A stretch of DNA of 64,000 nucleotides. Source: Mobula hypostoma. Its lineage: Eukaryota. Of this stretch, positions 63,640 through 64,000 are shown piece after piece. The position numbers and the translations under genes were made by a program. The notes under the pieces are model-generated. The model was given only the letters and a program-made list of their open reading frames with translations, did not search any database and was not told where the DNA came from. Numbering within the stretch: position 1 is the stretch's first letter; every line of letters starts with the position of its first letter. Location: assembly GCF_963921235.1 (NCBI RefSeq), contig NC_086105.1:7378001-7442000 (forward strand), written 5' to 3'.

Positions 63640-63778
63640 GTAAGTCTGCTTTACGAGGCCGAGCTGCTTGCTCAACGCTCAACCAGTACGGATGGAAAGC
63701 ACGCAAGGAGCCAGCGGGATTCGAACCCGGAACATTTTGTTCCAAAGTCCAGTAGCAGGTAACCGCTACACCCCCGGC
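63640..63778 (-). mobile_element. Short tRNA(Gln)-like SINE
   Basis: Minus strand GGTGTAGCGGTTA..CTGGACTTTGGA..GGGTTCGAATCCC; stems are disrupted, so this is not a functional tRNA. Confidence 0.55.
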
Positions 63779-64000
63779 ACAGACTACCATAGCACCATCC
63801 TATCACCCGGTGCCATACCAGACAATAAATGTGGCCAGTGGAGAGAGGAAAACAGAACGATTGATTGCCTTGCACTTAGTGACCACCAGTTCTGCAGTTT
63901 ATTTTTAGCATGCTGTACTTACATGAAATATTTAATGCATTTTGCAGGATTCCTCTAACCCACTTCAAGCCGATAAGAACCATCCTGAGAGAACGCAATA

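Noticed and set aside
63700-63778. tRNA gene
   Set aside because: A and B boxes are present, but the acceptor and anticodon stems do not pair; it is a SINE head.
57000-64000. BEST3 exons expected from human synteny
   Set aside because: No ORF or exon resembling bestrophin-3 was recognised; if the gene is syntenic, its coding part lies beyond the window.

Overview
Vertebrate genomic DNA, not prokaryotic. The repeat content (CR1, Rex1/Babar, Penelope, V-SINE) suggests a cartilaginous fish, probably a ray; this is an inference. Two protein-coding genes are supported. CCT2 is on the + strand with 16 coding exons from 192 to 32182; all introns are GT-AG and the exons sum to 1608 nt (535 aa + stop). 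The intronless cardiac gene LRRC10 is on the - strand at 40799-41653, convergent with CCT2 as at the human 12q15 locus. Most of the rest is decayed and nested transposable elements. The most interesting signal is a layer of retroelement RNA structure. (i) At least nine copies of a minimal type I hammerhead ribozyme motif (YAGUC CUGAYGA A GGGUCUCGGCCC GAAAC GUC GACUG) sit in Penelope-type terminal repeats. The motif has no stem III loop, so it is predicted to fold only as a dimer, and several copies are fold-back inserts with target-site duplications. (ii) A decayed twister ribozyme has its predicted cleavage site at the 5' end of a 240-bp RTE-derived insert. (iii) Two other RTE-derived inserts carry pseudoknot-capable structures that I cannot assign to a known class. 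The first two ribozyme/retroelement associations are known in other taxa, so novelty is limited to these families and this lineage. Repeat boundaries are approximate, and all folding was done by eye.
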